Counted from the stretch's first letter, positions 11,801 through 27,000 are shown. The stretch: DNA of 64,000 nt from Catajapyx aquilonaris (GCA_000934665.2 KZ538096.1:1-64000); one strand, 5' to 3'. The notes: generated from the letters alone by a model not told the origin. Numbers and translations: made by a program.

Positions 11801-14800
11801 TGTCTTAATTCTTATCCGCCTCTGGGAGCTAATGGCCTGTGGTTTCCGCCGGTCACGGCTGACTCTTTTGGCCTTACACTCTACCGTGTATATATATCTA
11901 ACCCAGACAGGAGCAGACACAACACTGCGCAAAATAGAAGCTCTAGTCTTAATTTTTTGGTGGTTCCAACCTTCCAATGATTTACGCAAGACAGAGCCAA
12001 AAATATGGGCAAGAGCGCAAAAATCTGGGACCTGGGTCACATCAAGCGGGGGGCTCGGGATTGTAATTTTGCAGGCTGTGGGATGTGTGTTGGAATGCTA
12101 GAGAGGGGGCGCCATAGTTATGATTATTTTTAGGCGCCATTGTTCGCTGGAACATCCCACGCCAAATTAATGACGGAATGGCCTCTCGGGTATTTACAAG
12201 ATGAATTAAGTGGTGAAAGAGGTCTAGTTGGGGGAATATTGAGCATTCTTTGTATCTTGTGGTGTGGGACATGGAGCCCATCTTTTAGCATTACAAATGG
12301 CCAGTTGGCGCATTGGTTATTGTCCGTGTGGAACGCCAGGAAGGTGACATCTCGCATGAGCAATGCGCTTTATATTTGGGTAGGACCAGATTTGTCAAGC
12401 ACTCTTTGAGACACGGAAGATGTAGAAAATCGGAGGGTCCCGGATATAATTTATTGGAAGAAATTCCGATTAAAGATAATGGCGAAATGAATCGCGCGGA
12501 GCTGTCGGGAAATGCAAAAATGATGTGAATCAATGGAAACCATGGAGTGACAAATCGGAGTAGCAGCAGGTGCTGGTGGCAGGGTGTGTACCAATAGGGT
12601 CCGCATCAAAAATGGTGTCGCCACGGGGAACCTCACGTCAGAGGTGCACTACACCCATGCACAAAATGGTGTTACGCCCAAACCCCACTCCTCAACGACC
12701 TTATTGTGTGAGGACGCTTTCTATTTACATTTCTAATGCCCCACCGAATACCGATTCTAATCTCATAACCTAGATGCTACTACCTGAATAACTCATCGAG
12801 GGTTGAGCCCGGTTTTTTCCCCCTCCTACAGAATCTAGTGGATCACTTTGAAATTTAATGCCTTCAAGCTGTCGACATGGCGAGTATCTCCCAGTGTTCC
12901 CTCCACAAAGAGCCAGAAGTCAGAACGGGGGAGGGAGTTGTGTAAGTTTGTGAGCTATCGGTTCTTCTGCTTGACTGGTGTAGTCCCGCTAATGAATTTT
13001 TATGGCTGAAGTTGTCACTTTTGCCATAAATTCGTGGGGCCTAGGCGGGTGATGGAGAGCGGCGAATGCGACGATTGAATCTGGCTCAACTTGGCCTATG
13101 TCGCGCCATTTTCTTCCGGTTCTGGCAAGAAATGACGCCACGCTCTGCACCATTTTATATCCATTCCCCCCTCACATCTTGATTGCCCGTTTCTAAGCGC
13201 GCTCGACCTCGTCAGGAATTACTAAGGGAACTAAACAGGGTCATTCCGAGACATCAGATCTCGTTATGATAAGAATCGGCGTGTTGGCTCAGCCGCTTCC
13301 AAGACATGACTTATCCTCATCGAGGACAACCAATCGTACCCTGTTATTTCCTATTGACCAGCCCTTTTTCGCATCCGAATTTTTACTCGGCTCTCATCGG
13401 ATAAGATCGGGCGCCTTGAGTCGTGACCTTGGCTAGGGGTGTTATAATTTGGAAATTACTGAGACATCCAGGACGCTAATTTGTACTGGTCTTAGCTGAT
13501 TACAGAGTGATCACCACGGTTTATAAACACTTTCTGGCTTATCATACTTTGGGTCGTGGGCTCGATACTGGGATATGGACGCCTTTTCTCCGGATGTTTT
13601 CGCACGATTTTCTTTGATGGAGTCATTAATAACGCCTCCTGCTTCTTGCAGGTAGAAAGAACAATCGGGTACACGGTCCAGTTCTTTTGTAAGTGGCTTC
13701 AACTTATGGGATCCAAACCTTATGGGATGAAGACCAAAAAATGAAATTGAGTTAAGCATTCGAAATAAAGTGAGTGTGGTTGGTCCCATGGCATGCTTGC
13801 TGCAAGTGTCGACATCTATCGGACACATGATTAAATTAGAGCAACACTAACGTCACCTAAAGTCATCTAAAGGCCACTGGTATCAACATTTAAATTAGCC
13901 TCCTAATTGGAGTGATCTGTCATTTATAAAATATGGTTTTGATAGGTTGTATACATCCTCTAACGACCTCCGCTTTATGGGTAGGAGGTCAGAGTGCAAG
14001 ACATGGAGCTCAGAATGCAAGACATGGAGGTCAGAGGTGAATAATTTTCTGTGACCTATGTGCTGCCAACCGAAGATGGGTTCAGATTAAATATAGATAT
14101 AGATATTATATAGGTCGACTGTTACTTACAGGGGTGTGGTAAATTCCAGTGATGGCGATTTAGCATAAATAGCATATTGCGATTTTCTTGTGCTGGAATT
14201 GAAACTTTTTATTTATGAGTTGTTTGCGTTTGGTGGAAAACATGTATCGATGATACATCCAGTGTATGTCTAATATTCATTGATGCAATATAATATTTAC
14301 ATGTTTCCCAGGGGTATAAAATTGCGAAGTTGCTGGTTACCGGGTACTGAAACATAATTTACTGCGGAACCATTAGCGTGTAATTGACAATCACTACGGG
14401 TACAATTAGTATATTCAACGGAGATCCATTGCAATCGGCCTCTCGCGGCGTACAATAATTATTCCGGAATATGATATTTCTGTTTTTGAAATTTAATTTC
14501 CTCCGCAGTGTTACATAAATTCATTTTTGGTGCCTAAAGGACCGATTTAAAAAATATATACGGTAGCTCATTTGATATTACTTTGAATACGATATAATAA
14601 ATTGGGCGATGTTTCATGATGAGAGTGATAAAACTGCTTAAGGTGAACTCCTGGGCAACTGAGGGTCAGTTTGTGTCATTTGGCAAGGAGAAAATTCAAA
14701 TAATGATGGATTAATAAGATTTCATAAATCGCGGAAACAGTCAAGGACACATCTATTGCATCGGGGACTGCCTGCTAACCTAATGACATTGTGTTTTAAA

Positions 14801-17800
14801 TTTAAACAGCCTTATAATTATTATAGTAAATAAAATGGCAAAGTTGCGCGGAGGGACGCATACTAACCAGGATATTTTATATCTTGAAGCCCATTATCTG
14901 TAAACGTGGCCGCTGAGAACAAATGACTTAGTGCACTATACCTGTGGCCCAAAGAAGGTCACCTTATAGAAGAAGAATTTTCTATACTCATCTATTAGCT
15001 AAATTTAATTGATTACTTTATGGTTGGTAAGTGTAAGAAAATAATTTTAAGTGATCTATGTGTTAGAGATTTTAAAGGGTCTCTATTAGGTTCATTAATT
15101 TAATGAACCTTGTGATCCAATTGTTGTCAAGGTTTCTCATTATTTTATCCAAAAACTTCTGGACCGATTTACTCACCTCAGACTGTACAAGTAATACAAA
15201 CAGCAATTTACTACCATGAAATCCACACAACGTGCAAGTTTATTCTCACGTATTTTTTTTTTTGTTTACCCCATTGGAGGGAACGAAGCCCTTTTATACC
15301 ACCATTTGGAATAATTTTCAGTATTTCCACATATTTATTTTGACAGTATCTGCATATCATGAATAATGTTATATTATCACACTCTTGAAGCCCTGATGCA
15401 ACATTGATGGTAGACAAAGGATGGAAGATTTATCCTTGTTGGTGCCATTTTATTTTTGCCAACAATAACCAAGGATAAATTAATCTTTCCTCAACAGCCT
15501 AACTTCAGTGGTGCAAAAATATTTAAAATCATTATTCATTATGTCTTGTTAGTCATAGGTTAGTCATTGCACTGCTAAATTACCATTTATTAGCTATTAA
15601 TATTATTATCAGAATTAGTATATACCAAGTATATAGTTTGTAGCTCCTAACCTGTGTTAGTACAGTATATACAAGTAGCTACGTGTTAGTATCTTCGCTA
15701 ATTTTCACTCTATGTACCCTCCTTAACTACATCAATCGATCCTATTTTTCTGGGCTTAGAAAACACACCTAAAGTTAGATCAGTTACGTTAACTTCCGAA
15801 AATTCAGCGGGACCAAAATTATACCTCACAATTGTTGCGCTCATACACGTCATGCGTTTCAATAAGTATGTTGATTGCAGGCGAGAAACAGAAAAATGGC
15901 CTGATGAGGGCCACCCACCTATAATATAAAGTGACTCTCTTGTGTGTTTCCAACAGGAGTTCACCCCAGGACACAACAAAACAAGAACAATAATACAACA
16001 GCAGAGCAATATCGTCACCTCTGTTATTTGCATAGTTTCGCCCTTCTGTCACTGCCACTTAAATTCGAATAATATAATTACTTATTGAAATATTTGACGT
16101 TCTTCTAGCATGCATGTAAAATATGAGAAGGCTCATAAATTATTAAAACCACATACGTCACATGCGAGTCATGTAGGACAAATCTGACACAGCAGGTTGT
16201 AACTTCACTGACAGGAGTCAGTTGGAATGGTCGGGTGAGGCCCATCGCGATCTCTTCTGCGATAACGACTTGAAAATGTGCAAATGGCCCATAATTAGGC
16301 AACGTTGATCCCAGAGTCGCTGATTAAAATGGAGGCCAAACTTGACCTGCCTCCGGGTTCTGCCGATAGGAAAGAAATATCGTAAGTGACATGACATCAA
16401 GGCCTGGCATCAGGTAGAATGGGAACGTTAATGACGCCATCTTTTTTCCCCGGCCTAGCCGCCGACGAGAAATGAATTACGGAGCCGTCATGAAGGTTAG
16501 ATCAATGGTACAGTCTTGCAGGATATTGTAATGACTTTTGGGGTGTGTAATCTGGAGGGTTCTACTAAAATCCCTAATCAAAATCTCATTGACTTTTTCC
16601 CCCATCTTCCTCGGAGCAGGTTGGTGATGATCATCATTACTTTGGACTCGCGCCAACGCAGTTTGCAATTTATTCCATAACCATTTCAGTAGATGGCAGG
16701 CAAATGTCGTAAAGTGTCCAAACGAGAGCAATGGCATTGTTGTAATCGGCGCAACAGTCCAGCAGCTACTCTCACAATAAATCTGGCTGGACCTAGGCTA
16801 TAATTATAATAGTATTAGCCCAGGCTGTATTTCCACGTCTCCCTTAACGAAGTTCGCACTTGGTAATGACCACCTTGACTTTTCCTGTCACGATAGGCCG
16901 CCATCTGTACCCACCAAAACTATAGCCTGCCAGCATGCAGGGGTTGAGCGACATGCATGTAAAAATGTTAGTCTCCGAGCCTAATTGCACCACCTGACAT
17001 GATTATCCGGCCCGAGTTCCGCTGACAATATTTAGATGCAGGAAAAGCTACAAATGAGTGTCGCATCCAGCAGACAGGCAAGGAAAAGTGCGTGTGAAGG
17101 CGTGTCCCTTCCACCAGTTGACACATGAATCCTCACACGTCCTGTGCTCATTTGTACTCTTCCAGAAAAGCCTCCCACGCAGCTAGGCAATCAGGAAGAT
17201 TCCCAACCATATGACTAGATGGTGGCGGAGGGTTGCTGGATTTACCTACTGCCGACTGATTTGTCGTGGCGGCGCTGCTCCAATCCAGTCATGTTTTAGC
17301 TTCCATTGTATACATTTCAGGTCCTTTAAGCCTAATGACAGTGAACGAGTCGTTTAAAACAGACCTACCCTCTCCCTCTCCCCACTCCTGCCCCCGCCCA
17401 CTATTTTTGTCTGGGCAAGAAAAAGCGCGCCCCATACATTATGTCTTATTTGAATCGGAAGAAGTATTATTCACAGCTATAGCCTCCGTGATTAATATTT
17501 GCTGTACGTGAGAGATGGCAGTCATATTTTATACATATGTATTTTTTTCTCGTCATTACTCACCAGCCAGCACAACTTCCACGCCGAAAAAAGGCTGGCT
17601 TTATTGCAGCAACTTTTACTGTTAGCGTTCCCGCTTTTCTAACACGATTGCCGAGTGGAATTGCGACTAGGCGAATTTGATGAGATATATGGCCGCTTTT
17701 TCGCCAAATGGTGAGTATTGCCCTGTATGAATGTGCCGCTTAAAAAAGCCGGCAATTAACAACCCTTCGGAAATGATTCTTATGGACTAACGTGTCCGGA

Positions 17801-20800
17801 TTAGAGACTGCGACATACGACCGTAATAATCGTCATCAACTACTCGGCAATTAATTATTTCAAGAGCGTTTTGTGCATATAAATCCAGAGCTACTGTTTA
17901 AATATTTAACCTGGATTATTCGAGAGTGATTAAAAATTCTGGCACGCATCTTATTACACAGCGGGAGCAATTTCGTAAAATGTAAAAATGAGCAGTCATA
18001 CGGAGATGAGCGAACCCTTTCTACTTGACATCCTGTTTACAAACAAAATCTCACCAGGCGTAGAGGCATGAAGAAGTTGCTCACGATCAACATTCTTCCA
18101 CACCCAACTCTGCTGCTGGCGGAGGAAATTTGGCGTCTGACCCTATAGGCAGCCATGTCGTGGACGAGATTGTGGAGTGATATTAATCATTGCGATGACA
18201 ATGTAATTTGAAGTGTCCCGTGAAACAGTGAATGTTAATTGCAAGTTGTGTCAGCAATTTATTATTCTAGAATTGCAAGCTTAATTCATTTCAGGCGGTC
18301 GAAGAATGGGGTGACACTAAAGTCGATTAAAGAGCGGTTTTGTGCGTCTTCGGGAAGGCGAGCAGGCGTGACAAATGACGACACGAGTCATGATTTTGGG
18401 CGTGCAACCGCGATGGAAATATCGAAACATAGTTGTGCAAGATGGCCACTTCAGCGGGCCCCTTTGATTACACAATAGTCGCTGCAGAGCGATAAACAAT
18501 CAAGTCGGTAGACACTATGAGTAATGATCCTAATTACAACACTGATGCCCTTATAAGAAGGAGGATGGCGACCGTCGTGAATGAGAAAGAATCCTTGTCC
18601 TCAAAACGTAACTTCCTTCAAACGCTGCGCCTCCATCTTTTCTTTTTTACACCTCTCTTTCTCATCTCCCTGGACTTCTTTTTCCCCCCCTTCTCTTGGT
18701 CTGGACTCTGACGGAATGCATGCAGGTGCTAGGTTGAAGAAAAATGACACCTCGTCTCTGTTCTCGCCAAGCCCGAGGCTCGCCAAGGGAGGGCGATGGC
18801 ACCCCGTATTTGTCACAAGCTCGAATCAATTCAATCCGGGACACAGTCCCCCAAAGGATTTGGCTTGGGTTCCTTTCCTCCACCCCACCCCTCCTGAAAA
18901 CCCTCCCGTTCTCTTCCTATATCGTGTCGTTGACTGAAAGGTTCGTTTTGCCGCGCCAAATCCTTCCAGCAATGAAGGCATGTAGAAACAAGTCCTCCCA
19001 TTGCCCTATCTCTCTGCACGTCATCCATCGCAACCTATTTCCCACACCCTGGCTTTCTACCGTTGACAATCGCATATCGCGAGGGCAGTGGGTGGGACAT
19101 GAAAGCAGCGAAGGTGTCTTGTGAGGCTGCTCCCGACGCTGCTTGGGGAAGGTTGCCTACTTGTCAGGATGCAATGGAATGGGGCGGAGGCTGGGCATGA
19201 CAAGGGCAGAGAAAAAAGGGGCAAAGGGAGAGGAAAAACCGCACCTTTGGCTGGTGCATAGGGTGACGGGGGCTTTCATATACGTTGTGCTCAACCTCCA
19301 CCAATCAATCATGATCCAGAGCGCACAATATCCCGGCAGCGCGGGGTCATATCCTGCCAGAGATGGATGCGATCCACTCCAAGGGGGTGGAGACTCCGAC
19401 GGGCTAAAATACTAAATAAATCGAGCGTTGCAGGCTAGGACGCCATGTTGACGGCGACGATTTCCCCAGGAAAAAAGAGTCTGGCTGGGTAAAAAAAAAT
19501 CAACACTTCGATTTCGGATGCCCCCAAAGCTTTTCTTCTCATCAAGGAAGAATTACTCACCTTATTCCATTTCCATTAGGAATAAACCAGTCCGGCTCTT
19601 TGGCTTTATCTCCTGAGGGACTGACTTTCCTGCCCTATACGTGAGGCCCTAGCACGAATGGATTTTGCTGTGTGCGGGGTTGAGCAGCAGACATCACTTC
19701 AGGCCTATACTTATGTTCTGTATGGGGTCAGTCTTGCCCCCGAGATCCCAAAATCGTGACGCCTCCCGAAACTTCATAAAACGGGAGATCGGGAGGGGAA
19801 AAAGTCCAAAGTGTACAGACATTGATTAAGAGAAGGAATTTATACACGTTCGAGGAGAGAAATGGGGTTCCCATGCTATGTTAAATGAGGCAAACACTGT
19901 ACTTCGTTCCTCACGACCGTTCATCCACTCCATCACTGGAAACAAATGGGATTTTTGTAACATAACTTTCGGCGGAAGTACCTGTTTCCCCGTAAATCAT
20001 GACAACTTCACAAGCGCACTGCAGCTCCAGCTAAAAGGTCCATTTAGAACCTGCCCAGTCTCCTTTTCACAGTCGTCCCAAGACAACTTAGCAGGGCATT
20101 ACCTTAATACGCCCGTCTCACAACCATCGCTTCCTTAGGATCCGACATTGTTGTCTTGGGCCTCTCTAATGCACCCTTCTGTCTTGTTGCTTCAACACTT
20201 CTTTTCTTACTATCATGGAATAGTCCAAATCGCACTGATTTTGGATATGTTAGACAGTCAGTATCATTCGGTTAGCTAATTTTCAGAATCTCGGTTGCAC
20301 AACTACAGACGTACATGATAGAAATGCTGGTTACTTGTCTGTAGAAATGTTCCAACTGGCCACCATCATGCGTTCTTTCTCCCCTCCTCTCTTTCCACCA
20401 TTTCATTAATCCAAGTGGCTCTCTTTTTCTCCCGTTATTGCCTTATCCCGCAGCTTCTGCCAGTTATACTGCCAGAGTTAAGGCTCAGATTGTTGAATCG
20501 CTTGGCTCAGCAAATTTCCAGATGGGCATATTATTAATAAAAATAGCTGTCTTTAACGTTTCACTTGCTGTCGTATATTACTTGTATATACAAAGGCGTA
20601 TATGAAGGCAAAATAACAATGACTCCAACAGGCGGAATATTGATCAGTTTTTCTTTCTGTCAAAGACATAATCACGTAGAAATCTTTAATGACGGACCAC
20701 ACATTGCACTGGCATAATATTCCGAAATATTGCTGCAACCATCGCCAATAGCGAAAGTAATTTTAATGATCACATGGTGTTGCAAAATTTATGCACTTCT

Positions 20801-21226
20801 TCGACCAAGGTTCCTTGCGGTAATCCAGTACAACATTTATCTAGTTACGTTAGGGGATTACCTCTTCATTAAGAAGATTCTATGTTAAGTTTCGTCTCTT
20901 CACAAACTCTATACCTAATATAGGGGTGATCCTGCGCCTCAGGATACCCCTCCACCAGCCGTGCTCTATGGATCGCCTGACGCGCAGGATGATCCACATT
21001 ATCACAGCGTGTGTGAAGAAATTTAGCGAATCGATTATATCCGTAATGAATTCGAAACCCCCAAAATCAACAAGATAATTTAGTAGACTATTACAATGTA
21101 TCAATAAACCTCAGTCTGAAAGGAAGTTGGCAAATTATGCCAAACCCTCTTAATATGCTGAGTATAAGTCACTAAATAGTGTAGGCCAAACGCTTCCTTT
21201 CCCTACAATTATAATTATTTTATTTA

Positions 21227-21527
21227 CTAGCTGCGGCACTCGGCGTTGCCCGGGAAGAAATGAATGAAGGGAAAACACCTGCCAGTAGCCCCGTCAACTG
21301 TCTGTCTTTCTGTGTGTCCGCCCACCAATGCCATCTGTGGTCCTGCTACTCCAATACCTTCAACCTCTCCCGCCTGTATAACGGAAACCGTCATTTGCCT
21401 GCCATCTGTAGTCAACCCCCAACACCTCTATCCTCTTCCGGCCTGGGGGTGGAGCACAGATGGCAGGCAAATGATGGTTGGCAGGCGGACAGACAGTCAG
21501 AGAAACAGGCAGGCAGACTCACAAACG

Positions 21528-21605
<78 letters not shown>

Positions 21606-21611
21606 TATAGA
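21227..21611 (-). mobile_element. Non-autonomous Helitron
   Basis: On minus: A|TC start followed by (TA)n, CTGT/CTGC-type short repeats, subterminal GC hairpin CCCGGGCAACGCCGAG, and CTAG|T end. These are the standard Helitron termini at an AT target. Confidence 0.75.
21532..21603. repeat. (AT)n microsatellite at the Helitron 5' end
   Basis: Directly visible. Confidence 0.95.
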
Positions 21612-23340
21612 TTTATAGTGGTTGCATAAAACCAGGATAAGTTTGGCTGAAACTTTTTGACAGATATGCTTTTTGCACTCCTTTAATTAAAAATGGGATT
21701 TTGACATTATCCTGAAAGTTACATTATTTTACAACAGAATGTATAAATGGGTTATTTCTTAAGGCCTATCTCTGCATGGGGTCAGTCTTGCCCTCGAGAT
21801 CCCAAAATCGTGACGCCTTTTGTGCTTCATAACGATTTTTTTTTTTCAATGTGATATGCAATGATATATATATATGATGGATATATGATATATATACTGT
21901 ACAGTAATATGAGCGGTGTTTTGGTGGCTCCATTAGCTTGAATAGTTACAAAATGTCCATTACAGTTAGCAATTTTTTGCACTAAAGGAATTACTGTTGC
22001 CGTTGTTTATTAAAAGCATTAACTTACAGCAATAGGCCAAATTAAACCTCCAATCTGTGAATTACAGAGAATGAAATTGGCCATTGGCGCAATTGGCACC
22101 GAAAATATATCCATGCAACTGAATAATTATTAACAGCTATTTTTGATAAACATAGAGGTAACTGTGCAAAAATTACGGCTTAGTGCGAAAAATCATTAAC
22201 TGAAACACAAAATTCAGTTGGACCATATAATGTATTTATATCATTTCCAGGGCTAACTCTCTTTACGCCTTATTATCTTACAGGGCAAAAAACTGTTCCG
22301 TCTTCAGCATCATTGCATCATGTCAAGATAACTGCTGCTGCACTCGTCTGCCTGCGTACAATTCAAATTACATTTTCAATATATGGAAATACAGATTCAA
22401 ACAAATCAACCTTTTGTGACTTTCCCACATTTTCCAGAGTTCTGACTGAGCAACCCATTCAGACACGGTAGGTGCTCTAAACCTTTCATATGTAAAAATA
22501 TTAATAGGCTGCAAGTCTGCATGAATCATAACATGCTAATTTCGTCCTGAACCTCTGGAGCCTCTCCATAAAGGAAAATCGTGATGGGTTTGAGTCAGAA
22601 AGTACAGGAAAGGAAAAGCTCGGATCACCATATCCATATCACCATTTCTGGACCAGCGAATGTCACTCAATATGCACTAGTAAGAAGAAGTTGACAATGA
22701 GTTTCATATAAGTCTACATAAAATGTATCTTTCCAATAAGCCTCGCCAAGAAGGATCTATTTTCGACAAGATGACTTTTAAGACTCGTTCTGACGGTAGC
22801 ATACAATAATTACACAACATAAAAGTAACGCTCCTCTCAGAATACATGGGGTTCCAATTGAAATCCCCCACCCCCTTCTTTTGAATAAATTGTGGACTTC
22901 GGCATGGAACTTAACAAAAATGTACACGAATGTTATGTTTTGCACTTTTTGAACACACGAATTACTTCTGTAAAACTAAGCAGTGATGCACTGGTTAGGG
23001 CTAGGCTTCAATGTCACCACCACCTTGCTCCTCCAGCCGCCTCCAGCTTGTTGTCTGGCAGGTATCTTGCATCACATTCTTTCTTGACTTCTGACCTAAA
23101 ATGCCTCGAATTCGGTCGGAAACAAGCTCGCGAAAACTGTCTCGTGAGCTTGTGACTCGTGCAATGTCACACAGCTCACTTTACACGGTCCAAACTTACT
23201 TGCTACACCACGTTCCAAAAACATTAACTGCTGTTATACTAAACTACCGATGCGTTCTAACATATTTTGTGTGTGTGATTTTTTCCTCCTTTCTTAACAC
23301 TCGTGATTTATGTTCTTTAGTACCAAAAATTCTGAACTAG

Positions 23341-23411
23341 ATGCGGGAACACATTAAATCGAGGAACTATAAATGCGGGAAAACATTAAATCGAGGAACG
23401 ATAAATGCGGG
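23341..23411. repeat. Tandem repeat, unit about 32 bp, 2.3 copies
   Basis: ATGCGGGAA(C/A)ACATTAAATCGAGGAAC(T/G)ATAA repeated. Confidence 0.8.
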
Positions 23412-23513
23412 TTTTTGTTTACATTGGATCCCGAGATTTCACTAATGGGAAGAGAAACATTCGTTACCCCCTAGACGTGTATGGCAACCCACTGTAGCCA
23501 TACAGACCAGGGC

Positions 23514-23584
23514 TGGAATTTTCGTCTCACTGCTATAGTTGCTGCTAAGTTAGCAGCAACTATAGCAGTGAGACGAAAATTCCA
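23514..23584. mobile_element. Perfect 71-bp palindrome (35-bp arms, 1-nt centre), member of a dispersed MITE-like family
   Basis: TGGAATTTTCGTCTCACTGCTATAGTTGCTGCTAA-G-TTAGCAGCAACTATAGCAGTGAGACGAAAATTCCA. Related copies lie at 48761-48844 and 58150-58246. Confidence 0.85.
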
Positions 23585-23876
23585 CCCCAGGGTTTGCTCA
23601 GGGAGCAGGACATGAGCGTGATGATGGTTACAGTATATGAGACGACGTACGATATTGCAAGTTTGACTTCTAATAAATTAGACTCGTCTTAGGCAACGTT
23701 TCACTTTCACGACTAGTGGAATGGAAGTCTCTTTCGCCATCTACGTCTTACCTGGGAGACTTTTACTTACTTTAAATATTATCCTGCATCTAATGCGAAG
23801 AAAATAGCCTCTATAAAATAATAATTCTGCGATGGACCGGTTTTTTGTGTCTACCACAAAATAAAAGTAAACTTAA

Positions 23877-24032
23877 CCCTGTAATGCCACTAATCTAAGT
23901 AATGCCCACTGGGTCATATCTGGCACACCATTTAGTGCAATTTTTGCAACTTTTGCAATTTTTATATTTTCTGTAAGTGTGCCAAATTGCACTAAATGGT
24001 GTGCCAGATATGACCCAAGGGGCATTACAGGG
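23877..24032. mobile_element. piggyBac-type MITE
   Basis: TTAA|CCCTGTAATGCC...GGCATTACAGGG|TTAA: TTAA target duplication and CCC/GGG termini. Long inner inverted repeat TGGGTCATATCTGGCACACCATTTAGTGCAATTT. Confidence 0.85.
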
Positions 24033-27000
24033 TTAATATTCCTGTTAGACAGCTGTTAGATTACTGACCGCTGTTGCCAACACTTTAATAACTTAGCATG
24101 TTACAAAAGTTAATAATAAAGCCAGCCAAGAGTCTCACTTGATTTTGGAATTGTGATTAGGCCCAAAAGTTTGGGTATTGTTTTGTGGGTTGGCAGGTTG
24201 TCACCTAGCAGGTTTCTGACAGTTAGTAAAGGTTGCGTTCTTGGAGGACAAGGTGTGTCCTGCTATTCCTTATAAGGAAAAGGTGCCGTACTCAATGAAA
24301 ATAACATCTGAAGGAACGCATCATCAATGAATGTGCTAATATCGACAAAAATAAGGGGTTGCTGCATCGTGTTCATGTAAATCTGGCAAAACTCGTCGAC
24401 CTTTGCATCGCTAATGATGGACACCATGTTGAAGGTGTTCGTAAATAAAATTACTGCATTTTCATATTTTGTATTAACTTATATTACATTTTCGCATTTA
24501 ATAAGAACACACCTTGTCCAGAGCTCAACAACCCGCCAACAACCCACAAAACAATATTACCTATGTGTCCAGACTTTTGGGTCATCCTGCATATTGCGTT
24601 TTCCCCCATATACTTGGGCCATTTACATGCAGACTTATCTCACTCGTTGTATACTAAGCCTAAATATCAGCTATTTGTCAGCTTCTCCTGACATGCTTTT
24701 ATGCCTATCGCATGTTGCACAGAGGATTACAAGAATACATATTACGATCGTCAAAATATAATTTTGTGCATTCCAGTTACATAGCATAATTATTTGCTTA
24801 TTTAAATAATGGAAGCACAGTACATCGTGGGTTTTGAAATCCTGTCATGCAGTATTCGTATAATAATAACTGATGGTGACATGACAACACGGTACCCAGC
24901 TGCCATCTAGAGTTATTGATCTGCACTCGAGGCAGTATGACGTAGTGGCGGTTTTATTCCGTTGTTTTCGCATTAGTGGTGAACAACTGCGATAATGCAA
25001 GATATTTCACCCCAACAAATGTGTCGAAACTGTCGCAATAGTAATAGCAATTTATACCAGATGGTCCAAGATAAACTCCCCACACTACATCGTGAAGCAA
25101 CATTTAATAATTAATAACAGTGACGTTAGGACATGCAAAAAGGTCATTGATTCATCTAAATTCAACGCCGTTCATAAGATTAATGGAGTTCATTACGAAT
25201 CCAGTCTTTTGAAAAGATACACTCTAATTAATGGTGATTTAAAATTACCTTGTCGTGGGCCATAAACCTTAACTGCAACAATATTCGTGTTAGTTCCTGC
25301 AACTAACACAATGCTGCTTCTCACTAAGTTACTTTTTGGGTAATTTGAGGCCTACAGCTTGCCACATGAAAACCCGATTCTCAGACCGTCATTGCCGTGT
25401 GGTGGGCTGCTCGCTCGACAGACCGCACACCTGCCTCAAAGTATTCAAATTGAGGTCAATTGTTAAGGGTCACGGATGCACGGCTCTGCGAGTAAGGTAC
25501 GTGCAAAGTGTAGACTAAAATTATGTAGAATAAGCATCGAATAATGTTTAAAGTGGACGTGAGTTTGATCTCTCAATATTTTAAAATTGGTTCTATATAG
25601 TAAAGTGTGTATTTTCGCAACATGTGATGTGAAATTACGTAGTGACATCACATCAATCCGTTTTTTGCTATTACGCACCATAGAAAGATATTGCTTAGTC
25701 ATTAACGTCCTAAAAACATCACACAGAATCTATTGCCCGTAAACATCACAAAGCAAACTTGTCCCTGAACAATTCACAAACACGACCACCCGCGAACATT
25801 TCATGAAAAAAAGCTATCTGTATCACTTTCATCATCCTCTACAATGGCGGGCCATGATAGAAAATCACCATAAAAGGTCCGTGTTCTGCTTTATCTGTCG
25901 CGTAGTGTGCCAACTGGTAGCCCATTGTATGTATACTGCAGCTTTCAAACCCACTACTAACTCAATTATTTCGTACATTTGGTGATTAAAATCCTTTTTG
26001 GAGCGACTAGTTCAATATATCAAAGGGCAATTAATTCTCTTACCAGATATAGTCTAAAGAGAAGTAACTGGGGGAAATTGGTGCTCAAATTAACCAAGTA
26101 TCTATAATTTTTTGGGGACTTTTCGAGTTTGTTTGTAAGCTAAGGAATGTGTTGCTAGAAACAGTTACTGATTCCGCTAATAATGTCATGTAAGCGACGT
26201 GACCATTATTATCATTATAATTATTGCGACACTACACTCAGTTGAAAATACCTACCTAGAAAGCATCAAAATATAATATGGACACCTGCTACATGATTAT
26301 TATTATTATTTTTAAATTCTAATACTGTAGTGATATTTTGACAACAACTGTCAATGCCGTACTGTAGTAATTTTATATAAGACAGATTGACCGCATTTAT
26401 ATGCTTTTTTGGACTTCAAATAATATAGGAATATAATTAAGTAAGATCATTACGCCTCACTGTCCCATTCAACATGATTTCCTACTAGTATGCAGATCAG
26501 AGTATTTATTTTTATTTAGAACTAATTAATAAGGCTTCTAAGGATGCTATAACTAACAATGATTTTGGAACATGTACAGTACATTTTGAGTAGTCATCAG
26601 AAAGATACGTGACGCCAATAACACATCAAATGGGCACCCTCCATCGAGGCACTTTTCGAGATATTATAATGTACTTTTTGTACTATAGAGAGCATTGAAC
26701 TTCATACGTATGCATAATCATAATAATTTATTATTATGTCATATTGGAAAAGTAAATCGAAGGGTCGAATATTCGGACAATAACGTCCGAGATATCCCTG
26801 ATTTTTCTACCCTCGAAAAGCAGATCGACAAAATATTGTTTCATGGACTTTTCTAATCAGAATCTGTGGTATCACACTCATATCAAATTTTTCAAACACT
26901 ATGTACAATATTCTTGTACAGTCAAAGAGCATATACATACTTCTTCGATATACAGTGTCGATGCTGTGATGGTGTTTCGTGGTGTGAATTTGACGAATCA

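Noticed and set aside
12096..12116. CTCF-like motifs (AGAGGGGGCGC here; AGATGGCA at about 6696, 16691, 29782)
   Set aside because: Only the 3' half of the consensus matches; they cannot be supported without a PWM scan or ChIP.
23341..23411. Short repeats as a CRISPR-like array
   Set aside because: Eukaryotic context, head-to-tail units with no unique spacers, and no cas genes.
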